Positions 1 through 11,467 of a DNA stretch of 64,000 nt are shown piece by piece. Positions within the stretch are counted from its first letter, which is position 1; every line of letters begins with the position of its first letter. The DNA is from Azolla caroliniana (Eukaryota > Plantae > Polypodiophyta): contig JBHGNT010000001.1 of NCBI GenBank assembly GCA_043228905.1, positions 15,066,001-15,130,000 of the forward strand. Reading direction: 5' to 3'. The translations under genes were made by a program, and so were the position numbers. The notes beneath the pieces are model-generated. The model was not told where the DNA came from and made no database searches. It saw only the letters and a program-made list of their open reading frames with translations.

Positions 1-3000
1 CAATTTGTAATCCAATTACAACCAATGCACAGCCAGCTTAGTCATGCACCAACAGAGGAAGAGACTAAGGCGATATTCCTAGCAACACTCCGAGAACCCC
101 TACAAACGGTGTGCACAGTCATTGATTTCCGCACGAGTTCCGTCAACCAGGTCATAGACCAAGTCAAGGAAATGGAAAACTCCAGCTCGTGGCTGACGAT
201 GGGGGCACTCCAACAAACTTTACCAACCGATGAAGACCTCCAATTTCGACAAGAAATTCAATGTAAGACTTGCCTGAATGCCGGACACTCGGCGTTGGAG
301 TGCACCATGCATTCTCAATGCTTGCTTTGCTATTTTAGAAACCACACAATGGATCGGTGCGAGTATAGCTTGTTGAATCGGCAAGCACCACCGGTCCGGC
401 AAATCGAACCACAGAGCAACCAGGAGGAGGAAGAAGAGCACTGGTGGGGAGAGGAGCATTACCGGCCGGCCCAAGATGTCCGGTACAGTGATCGACGAGA
501 CGCTTATGACTGCGACTGGTATGATAGATATGATAGAGATCGGGACTATAATAGGGAACGGAATGAGCGGTACAACCAGGATCACTCCCCCGGTTACAAC
601 CCACGAAGGGAGGACTATGGCAAGTATGATGACCGGCCCCGACAGGATTACCGGAACAAAAAGCATTTCAACAAAAAATGACATTTCAATAAAAAAGGGG
701 ATCACCAACAGGAGCCGGATAAGGGTACACGAAGCACCCAACCAGACCAAGGCCAAGCACTTACAACAGGATCTCAACCGGGTGTCGGAGCGAAAGCAAA
801 ATCCAGCAACACCCAGAAGGCTTACTGCTACTATTGTCGACAAGAGGGACACTACAGTAACCAATGTTCGGCGAAAAGCTATGATAAGCGACCAGCGGTA
901 AACATGGTGGTAGCGGAAGTCGCAAACATACAACAAGGGACCACGAGGTCAAAAGGAAAAGCAACGGAGTGGGAAACCCAAGAAGCCATCCGGAAGCAGG
1001 CCATCGAATGGGTAAAGAAGGCAAATGAGCGGAATGTGGCAGAACTGGAACAACAAAAGGAGAATCCAGAGGAGCACACCGGTAATGGCCAGGCAGAAAA
1101 CCCAACATGGCAGACATTGCAAGAATGCCAAATCACGCTGCCATTAGGACGGCTATTGCAATTAGTACCCTGGTTTATGGAAGGACTGAAGACAGGAATG
1201 ACTGCAGTCGATATGCCACCGGCGCCGGCGTTCTTTTCTAATCCGGAGGAAGGACCGACGGTAGTGGACACGAGCAGTCCGGCTATCATAGCCATCGTCA
1301 AGGGACGAGAGCTACCTAGAACGATTATAGACGGAGGATCTGTCGTGAACGTGATTAGCCTCCGAACTTGTAATACCCTGGGACTATAGGACTAGGAGTC
1401 GTGCCCATTTTGCCTCCGGATGGCGGACACAAGTTCAGTAAGACCTACCGGATTGATACGAGATTTGGAAGTGACTATCGGAGGTCACACATTCCGCATT
1501 TCGGCATTAGTCCTCCAACTCAATGCACAAGGGGCATACCCACTGTTACTGGGCCGCACATGGCTAAAAACAACGCACATCAAGCAAAACTGGAGGAAAA
1601 CCATAATTACTTTCCGGCACGGCAAAGCAAAAGTACGAGTACCTACACAACCACGTTCGAGTACCGGCAAGGAGCTAACACCGTTGTATGCGAAATGTGT
1701 CAACATGCTTGAAGGATTGGCTGATGAAGAGGTCAATCAATACTTACAAGAGAATCCAAAAATTGTACTTTTATTTGAAATTGAAGTGGTACCATATATA
1801 ATACAACTGGAGGATGCCGATGAAGAACTAGATAAAGAAGCCATCAGAGAGTTACGGCAAGCGCAGGAGGCTTTGGAGAAGGAATTGGCAGTATCTGAAC
1901 GCGTAAAAGCCTCTCAGCTAGAAGAGGTAAACCTAGGCACCGCAGAAGACGCAAGACCGGTTCACATCACCAAAGAAATGACTCCAGAAAGGAAGAGGGC
2001 AATGATCACCTTATTAAAGGAGTTTCGGGACGTATTCGCGTGGTCTTACGACGACATGTGGGGGCTAGATCTAGATCCTCAGTTGTATCAACACCAAATA
2101 CATCTGAGTAAGAACGCCAAGCCGGTGGCGCAACGATGCTACAGGATGAACCCTAACTATGCAACAAAAGTAAAGGACGAAATTGACAAATTGTTAGGGG
2201 TAGGGTTCATCCGACCGGTCACGAAGGCGACATTGGTCGAGTCCGATAGTCATCGTACTGAAAAAGAATGGAAAAATCCGTGTATGTGTCGACTACTGGA
2301 AGTTGAATGCGGCAACAGTAACCGATGCCTTCCCACTCCCTTTTACGGATGGAGTCCTGGATGCGGTAGCCGGTCACGAAGTTTATAGTTTCCTGGAGGG
2401 ATTCAGCGGCTACAATCAGATCTGGATGCACCCCGACGACCAGGAGAAAACCGCTTTTGTTACCGAATGGGGAGTATTTGTCACCGTAGTCATGATGTTC
2501 GGACTTAAAACGGTGCCAGCAACCTTTCAGCGAATAATCATGGAGATTTTCAGAGAATTTATTCCAGCGTTCATGCAGGTGTTCCTAGACGATTTCGTTG
2601 TGTCTTGAGAACATCTCCGACTATGTCTTGAGAAATGTAGGGTTTACTGGTTAAATGTCAAAAGACTAGTTGGAGTGATCCAACTTTTCCCACAAATTAT
2701 GATGTGATGGTAAAGGAGAAGAGGAGAAGAGAGCCTTAACCCGGCGAAATGCGTGTCGGGAGTGTTAAGCGGTGCATTACTAGGCCACATCATTAGCAAG
2801 AACGGTATTGCTGTAGACCCAGACAAGGTCAAAGCAATTTTGGAGGCACCGTCACCCACCATGGCGAAAGCATTGAGTCGGTTCCTAGGACAAATCTGGT
2901 GGCATAGCTGGATGCTCCGGTATTTGGCAGACCTGGCCACACTATTGCATGTTGCGGTGCACCGGACACCGTTTCAATGGACAAACACAGAAGAGAAGGC

Positions 3001-4720
3001 TTACCGGGCATTAAAAGTGCTACTATCACCAGCACCGGTGGTGCAACCCCTGGATTGGTCTAAAGAATTCCACATATTTGTAGACGCGTCCGACATAGCA
3101 ATTGGGAGCACATTAATGTAGCTTACCGAACCGAAGTGGTACCGGCTCGTGTATTATGGCAACTTATTGGGGAGGAAATTTTCCTTTCATGTAGACCATT
3201 CAACGCTACTTTACTTGGTCTCAAAAGCATCACTCACGGGTAAGCTGGCCCGGTGGATGTTATTATTACAGGACTTTGAGTTCGAGATATTTCACCGGCC
3301 AAGCATACAACATTCGGTTGCAGATTATTTGAGCCGGTTAGACTCTGGTGAAACCGGTGATGGAGTCCTAGATGAGTTTTCGGATGCAGATTTGTTTAGG
3401 GTCACAACAGAAACGACAATGGATGGTATGGTAGCCGAGGAGGACAAGTGGTTCACTAACATGCACCAATTTCTAAGCACCGGATTACCTCCAGAGGAGA
3501 TGAACAGAGATGAGCGGAAACGATTAGCAGTACAAAGCCGACACTTCTGCCTACTGCAGGACACACTGTACCATAAAGGTGCAGATGGCATATGGCGGCG
3601 CGTGGTGCGCAGCGATGAAAATGTTCAAATACTAAGTGAAGCACACTACAGCGTTGTTGGAGGGCATTATGCTGGGGACGCTACGGCAAGGAAAATATGG
3701 CAGAGTGGCCTATGGTGGCTGACAACATTGAAAGACGTTGTCTGGTATGCTAAACAATGCAATTTATGTCATTGAATGGGCTAACGAACGGAACAGGCAA
3801 GAATGCCTCACCAGCCGGTGCTACCATTGGAACCATTTCAGAAATGGGAGCTGGACTTCGTCTGCCCATTTAAACCACCGGCAATGAGAACTGACAACCG
3901 ATACGTGATTGTCGCTACAGACTACTGCACCAAGTGGGTGGAGGCCAAAGCACTACGTGACAACACCGCGGCATCCACGACAGAGGTTTTATATGAATAT
4001 ATCTGGTGCCGGTATGGATGTCCGATCGAACTAATTAGCGACCAAGGTGGGCATTTCCTAGGACAAGTAGTGGAGACCTTGACGACATTCTATGCAATGG
4101 TGCACAAGCGAAGCACTCCGTATTATCCGCAAGCCAACGGATTAGCCGAATCCACAAATAAGACACTACAAAACATCCTGCTGAAAATCGTTAATGACAA
4201 CCAGACGGATTGGGATACAAAGCTACACAGTGCACTCTAGGCCTACCGGACAACATACAAGAAAAGTATCCAGACAACGCCGTTCCGATTAGCATTCGGA
4301 TTGGAAGCGGTAATGCCGATTGAATTCCAGGTTCCCAGTTTGCGGTTACAGGTTTGGGAACGCCTAAACGAGAAGGAGTCGGAAACAATCCGGCTAGCAA
4401 TACTATGCGAACTAGAGGAACATCGGATAGCCAGCCTGATGCACATGGAACTAGAGCAATGGAGAAGGAAAGTGTTCGTAGATCGACATCGGAAAGGTAA
4501 CGAAAAAATGTTCGAGATCGGCAAGCCGGTGCTTGTATCCAAGACCGGGATGGGTAAGACGCCGGGAAACCGGACCATATTGGATTACACGGGAGTTCAA
4601 CGGTTCCTACCAGCTAGGGACACTCGCCGGAGAAGTTATGGGTAAATGGCTCAATGGGTTTTGACTCAAACCATACTATGGACCCATGCCAAGAAACCCG
4701 TTTGAACAGACAAAGGCTGA
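1..4720 (+). pseudogene. gypsy gag-pol remnant
   Basis: CCHC-like gag knuckles; protease IIDGGS; RT FLEGFSGYNQI, MMFGLK and FLDD; partly deleted RNase H (FVDASD); integrase H..H..C..C, WELDF, SDQG and PYYPQANGLAE. Confidence 0.92.
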
Positions 4721-5242
4721 CACCGAACTGGACACCAGTAAGCACGACGAGACGATAACCGGTCAAGGAATCGGCAAGCACGGAACCGGTGAAAGGAACC
4801 ACAATCTGTAGAAGGGTCTGTTTGGGCCGGATATGGATTAACAAGATCGAATTTTTAATAAGAAAAAAAAAAGAAAAAAAAAAGAAAATCGAATAAGATC
4901 CAATCAAACCCAAATCATGCAAGGGCGAGGAGCGAACAACCACATGCAATGAAAAGGGAGTAGTGAACAGGCACTTTGAAAAGCAACGTAGTGGGCTATT
5001 TATAGCGCATTAAAACGCCGGCACGTGGCACTTCATTGCTATTATAGTACACGACGCGCGCATGCGCAAGAATCGAGAAAGGCGCTAACATGCAGAACGA
5101 AAACCTCCACCGGATGGAGGCCTTCTCATTTCGTGAATAGAGAAGTGCAAACGCACACAGGCGATTAAAGATAATAAGACGCGAGCACCTAGAGCCCACT
5201 AATGCACCTACCTCACCAGCAACCACTGACTTGGAAGGAGAA

Positions 5243-8124
5243 ATGGACGGCATGGCGCTCTCTGAGGCAGCCAAGAAGTGGTTGAAGCAACACGGATTGG
5301 AAGGATTCTTGAGGATCATGGAGGCACCACCACACACAGAGGTGGAAAATGTTGTTAAAGACATCGACATAGAAGTAATCACAGAAGAGGCCATCCGTGC
5401 CATGACGGGCTTACCCGAAGGCGGCATCTTCACCGTAGACAACCCTACGCCGGAGCAGCTCACGAAATACGTTGGTGAGTACTCTCTGGCCAGCAAGGTA
5501 TATCGCACATAGGGCAGCGAGGATGGCTTATTCCGAGAGATTGCTCGTGTACTCCACGAGTTTGGCCATGTGTACCCTCAACCCTCGGCGATACCTAGGA
5601 ACAAAGTCGGTTTAATTATAGCCACATGTGACGGCATACAGGTGCACTAGTCGGTGTTGATCGCCAACGGACTGTGTGCGGCCATAGACTCAATAAGAGA
5701 GAAGGATGGCAGGTAAATATGGACAGCGATGGCGCAATGGCTCACATTGTTAGCACCACTAGTGGAGCCCATTACAGCGAAGAAGCGGGGGAGATCAACC
5801 GAAGGAACCCCCAAAACGGCTTCAAAACGGCAACAGCTATTGGCTACTAAGGCAACCAAAGGGAAGGAGGCCAACACTGGAAAAACGGTGAAAGAGCGAC
5901 CTAACCAGGCGGAAACACAGGAGGAAACACCGGCACAGCCAATAAAGATTACATTGTGCCGACCAGGTCAATAGGAGCCAGATCCCTTGGCAATGAAAAA
6001 AAATCTTGGGACTCAGGAGGAGGAAACGACGGAGGAGCCCAGTGAGCACCTCTAGCGGCGCCAGAAGAAGCGCACTCCAGACCATGCCGGGGAGTAATCG
6101 GGTCTAGAGAAGCATAGGACGCCGATACCCTGCACTAAGGGCCCGGAGCCAAGGGTGGAATTGGAACTGGTTCAAACAAAATCGGTCACAGAATTCCCTG
6201 TGCGGCAGGCTACGCCAACGGGTCAGGACATAACAAGACCCATGATTCAGGAGCCGGTGATTCAATTGACTACATCACCGGCACACCAGGACCAACCATA
6301 GCCAAAACAGCCAACTGAGGCACAACCAGAGCCGGAACTGCCAAGTGGTAACCAATCAGAGCCAGAGTTGCCAATCGACGTAACCAGACAAGATCAGCCA
6401 CTGGCAAGTGCAGAAATCGGCCAACCCTTTGCGCGAACACAACAACAAGGCACCAGCAGCCAATGGCTATGGTGGATCAGTGAGCAAGTAGCCAGAGTGG
6501 TCCATTATATGGAGGCAGAACAGAGAGCACAATTGGACCGGTTGCTAGCCACAACCGGAGAACTAGAGAAGGCCCGGTGAAGGATCCAGAGCTTGGAACA
6601 AGAATTGGAAATAACCAAGGAAGAATTGGCTAACATGGTCATAATAGGACCCCAAGAACAAGAGCTAGTGGCTCTGGTACATGTACAGAATAATGAAACC
6701 CCAACAACTGTACATAATCATATGACCCCGGTGATAGAAACAGTCCCCGATACGATTACAACGCAAGCACAAGAGCTTGCCGTTCTCAAAGAAGACCTGG
6801 CCGCATAGGAAACATTACGGGCCAGGGAAAGAGAATTAAAAATGGCGGTGGAGGAGGAACAACGAAAGACTGCCGACAACCTCCGCCGAGCAGAAGAAAG
6901 CCTGTGGAAGGGACACCAAGCCTATGACCGACTTAAGGAAGAGAAAGAAAAATTGTTGCAAGAGAAGGATAAACTCTAAAGGATGGTGGAAACAGAGATA
7001 GAGAGGCTCAAAGAAGAGCTTCGGCAGCAAAAGGATAGGGAAAACCGAGCTTGCCGCCAAATCAATCAGAAGCTGAAGCAGAAAACATACGATTTTGACC
7101 ACCTGCACCGGGATTATAAACATGTCGAGACGGAATACAAGAAGCTCATAACCGACAGCGACCGGCAGCAAGAGAAGATGTTCGAGCTCCGGCACGAAGT
7201 GCAACGAGCGGAGACGGCATTAGCGGAAGAACGGGCTGAGAAGGAAACCATACGAGCTGAAGTGGCGCAGGAACGCCTGGAATTCCAGATGCAACATCAT
7301 GCAGAAACAGAACGCGCCACCATGGTCTTACAAAGAGTGCAGACAACTTATCAGAATCAATTGGTGCGCTACAAGAACTAGGAGGTGGTAACTGCGAACC
7401 TGATCAAACAATTGAAAGATGAACGATAGGCCGCTGAAGACAAATCAAAGATGGGGCTGGAGCGGATCCGGTGCATTGTACAAGCATGGAAAAATTGAAT
7501 GAAGCGATTGATTGAAGACAACTCAGTATTATGGTGGTCGAAATGGGCGAAGCATGCTACCGAGCTACAGTTACTGAGGGCGGACGCAGAAAACTGGCAA
7601 AGGGAAGGAGATGAGTTCTATAAGCTGGAAAAGGAAGACTTTGCGTCCATGAAAGATGAATTGGCAGATGACTTTTCAACGTTGGCTGATGAATAGATCA
7701 CGATGGTCCGGGAACTAGTGGCACAACTGGACGATGATCGGCTGCATAACCAAATCCGGTTTGAAAGCTACGAAAAGGAGAGGCTATGGCAACAATCAAT
7801 CTCAATGATGAAGAGCCATCGTCTGAGCAAGGGATGGACAGAGGCTAGGTTGGGACAAGCCAACCGAATTTAACTCAGGAGGAGCAGCCAAGGGAGGAAT
7901 GTCCGCAACAACCACCGGCACCGAGAGACGGACAACAGCTATCTGAGGAGCAACGCCCAAAAGAGTCGGCGACTGCGCAACTGCCGGAGCAACGGCCACA
8001 GCCAATGGAGCAGCAGCAGGAGGAGCAGCAATAGGAGGACCAATAGCAACAGTCCGATCAGCCTTTCGAAGAACCCTTAGAGCCCCTCAATGAGAGCAAT
8101 CTGGAAATTTTGGACAAGGATTGA
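5243..8124 (+). pseudogene. 3' extra ORF of the gypsy element (about 950 codons: globular N-terminus, P/Q/E-rich linker, long coiled coil)
   Basis: ORF-track pieces at 5231, 5729, 6368, 6593, 6983 and 7499 share one frame and are separated only by stop codons; E/K/R/Q/L heptad-rich C-terminal half; end coordinate approximate. Confidence 0.7.
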
Positions 8125-8215
8125 AGGCCGAATACTGGGATTCGACATACAAGGTACTGTCCCACGGGCGTGCCATGTGCTAGCCAACTGGCAAGGAGTG
8201 GAGGACAGTCTAGAA

Positions 8216-8578
8216 TGTGAAAGGGTAGGAATTATCGGAAGCTGTTATTAGAATAATTATTAATTAAGTATATTTTGAGAAGTGAACAGACGGACCGGAA
8301 TCGGTATGCTGATCCGGATCCGGACCGGTTCATATCAGTGTGTCGGTTGCCACCGATTTAAATGCAGAGTTGATGATCTATAAAAAGGCCTGGGTACATT
8401 GTAAATGAGGACGAATAATTAATAAAGCTCTATTGTCTTATCTCTTTGTATTGATTACCATTCTGTGCTAATTGCCTTCTATCTTACGCGTGTATTAAGA
8501 TTCATGATATGATATTAAGTAGCCGATTGAGGTCTGATCAATCATTAGTCTATGTTACCTTGCCATAACACCCTTTCG
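8216..8578 (+). repeat. putative 3' LTR of the first gypsy element
   Basis: Starts TGTGAAAGGGT and ends near ACCCTTTC (inverted terminus); internal CTATAAAA and AATAAA; no second copy in the window to confirm. Confidence 0.55.
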
Positions 8579-8625
8579 TGAAGTGTCTTCCATAGACACC
8601 CTCTGTTAGGCTATTGTCCGGCCCT

Positions 8626-8954
8626 TAGGAGTAATAGTCATCAATGAAGGTTACGAAGTAATGGCTTCCTCTAATGATCACGTTCTGTGTCGGTCCCCAT
8701 ACATCCGAATGGATAACATCGAGCGGATTTCGAATTTGATTACGCTCGTTGGGGAATGGAAGCCGGTGTTGCTGCCTGAGCTGGCAGGCTTTGCAGACTC
8801 GGCTGTTCCGGCCAGTAAATTTCGGCAACCCGAAAACAATGTTTTTCTTCTGCATTTCATGAAGCCACAGGAAGTTAACCTGGCCGAAGCACTTGTGCCA
8901 TTGGTCAATGTCTGACTCGACCTTCTATCCTTTCGCGAATAGTGCAGTTCTGAC
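8626..8954 (-). mobile_element. copia fragment (GAG-pre-integrase and integrase start)
   Basis: CKACQL..QHRLPF, IHSDVWGP and YFVTFIDDY; similar to 15140..15440. Confidence 0.85.
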
Positions 8955-10947
8955 CTTCAGCTGGGTGGCCACGGATGAGCTACAAGAGAGAATCCACAAG
9001 ATGCGGCAACAAAACCCGACATGGGGGTCCTTTGAAGAAGCTTTACGCGAGGCATATGACTATGAGAGACCGAAGGGACGAGATCGACACGAGTTTGACC
9101 AGTGGGTGGCATCGTCGAAGATCCACCAAAGTACGACACAAGCATTCCTAGAGTTTGAGCATCATTTTGCTCAACACTCAGAGTGGGAACGATTATTGGT
9201 GGGGGTACATAAAGTCCTAATGTTCGTAAGTTCAATCGATCAGAAAGAAAGGATGGATATCGGGATTCAACTTGAAGACAATAACGACGCAAATGGTCTC
9301 ACCGAGGATTGGGCCGAAGTCGAAGGGGTATGCCCGAAACATGATAAGAGGAAGATGAGAATCTTGTCAACAACAACATGGCCCAGGATGGATGGTCGAT
9401 TGAGGATGAACGATGTGGCAGATATGAAGGCCAAAATACAATATGATCATACTACGGGAGAGGGTGTGGAACAAGATATCCTCTTGTCTTGTGAAAGAAC
9501 GATTGCCAAGGGTAAGGACGATGACTTGAGAGTGGCGAACACCACTTCAAGGGTGGAAGAAGGTTTCGGGACACGAGTGTCTGAAACATCTAGTGAAAAA
9601 GAGGTACGTATAATCGAAGCTTGCATGATCGAGGAGGGCAAAGAGTGTGAATCCTATGGAGTTGAAGAGATAGCCACGGATAACGACATCGAAGCGAAGG
9701 AGGCTAAGGATGATTTGATGGAGGATGGTAATATTGAGGATTCCTTCCCACTAATTCTAAAGACTTTGGCAATTGCATTTGAGAGACATCGTGAGACCGA
9801 AGGGAAGGTGGCATAGAGGAAACAAAGGTTGAAGCTGATGCATGTGACGGAGAAATAGTCGAGAAGGTGTCTATCGATGAGTCAATGGCGGATGGCCGAG
9901 GAAAGACTCTCCCAACACTAATTCCAGAGATTTTGGTGGTTGCACTCGAAAAGCAACGTGAGACCGAAGAGATGGAAGGTGGCGGAGAGAAAACGAAGCT
10001 CAAAGCCGATGCATACTAATTCTAGAGACTTTGACGGTTGTGTCTGAGAACCAACGTGAGATCGGAGAGACGGGAGATGGCGGCAAGGAAGGTAAAGTCA
10101 GAAGTTGGTTCGGATGGAAGGTGATCCATCCATAATTCCGATCTAAACAAAAGTCGAACCAAGCGGAAGTGGATTTGGTCGAAATTTGATCGATCGAGCC
10201 CGACCCAGACGGAAATCGTTCCAACCGGAAGCCGATCGAATGAGACCGATTTGGACAAAAGTTAATATGGCTCAACCAGAGGTCAAACCGGTCAAGGTCG
10301 GTGAAGACGAAGAAAAACCAAGACCGATCGGTCGAGCCCGAATTGGAAGGGGGCTGACTCAGTCCTAAAACGATCAACCGAGTCTGATTTGGCCGAACGC
10401 GAATACAGATGGAAGCCGACCTAGCCGAAAACCGATCAAACGAGACCGATCCGGAAAGAAGGTAATCTGACTCAATTGGAGGTCGAAGCAATCGAGGCCG
10501 GTGAACATGTGGAAGGCACACTACCACAGACAACAAGGGCCAAGAGGATTTGAAGGGTGTTACCAAGGATGAGATCTCAACCAAGGAGGGCTCGAACATG
10601 AAGATTGTCAACTGTAACGCAAGATTGTACGACGAAGATGAACGAAGTGCGTAGTGTCTTGACCAAGGAGACGGTCAAAACGAAGTTGGCACTTGCACGA
10701 GACATGAAGGGTTATGCTCAAGAGGAGCATAAGGAGACATGACAACCGGTTATGGCAATGCAAAGAGTGAACGAATAATATGGTGGATCAGATGGTGACA
10801 ATGGTTCGGGTGGAAAAAATGGACGTGCTCAAAATGGAGAGACAAAGTCGACACAGCGGGACAAACATAGGATATTACGGATGGAGAATTACAAGCATCG
10901 GCAATTTCGGCACATAACGGAGGATGTGCGGGTTCGGAGAGGGCGAG
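8955..10947 (+). mobile_element. gag-only internal region of a TGTCGT-type gypsy element (5'-truncated, no pol)
   Basis: EFEHHF..KVLMFV...GLTEDWAEV aligns by eye with gag at about 55200..55400 (EFELRF..KVLFFV...GLMTDWATV); followed by acidic repeats and purine tract GAGAGGGCGAG abutting the LTR. Confidence 0.65.
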
Positions 10948-11467
10948 GGTCGTAGTGTATTTCGTACAGTACATGAGAAACATATAAAATAATTGATTGA
11001 GTAAATATGAAGAAAAAGAAAGAAATATCAAAATTTATATTACATGCATAGGGTAATATTCGAATATTGTACCTCCACGTTTTTAATGTGAAGGCTTACC
11101 ATTATACTAACACATCATAACTGTTAAAAACTAGATATCCTACATAGAAAGGTAAGTTCATGTATAATTTCTAGTAAAAGCTTTAGTTAGAAGAAAAACA
11201 CATGATAAAAAAAAGTTACATCTAGCGTGCATAAACACTATAGTCAATAAAAATGCATGAGGTTAGAAAAAGCATGATCACTTTTAGAAGAAGCATGTTA
11301 GAGAACACATATAATCTATTGATAGAAAAAGCATGGAGTTGATACTTAGAGAAAAAACATGGATTGCTAAGACTCTCTCATCGCTATATAAGGATTGGGA
11401 GCACAATGTAATGAGTGTGAAAACTTTGAAAATTGGATATATTTCTAAAAACACCAATTAATAAATT

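Larger units (their letters stand above)
1..8578 (+). mobile_element. Ty3/gypsy non-chromovirus (Athila/Tat-like) LTR retrotransposon, decayed, 5' end outside window
   Basis: Domain order gag-PR-RT-RH-IN, then an extra ORF, then a putative LTR; many stops and frameshifts. Confidence 0.9.

Noticed and set aside
220-936. Hydrophobic 238-aa minus-strand ORF as a membrane protein
   Set aside because: It is the antisense shadow of the D/R/Y/N-rich gag linker; the same artefact occurs at 29186..29479.
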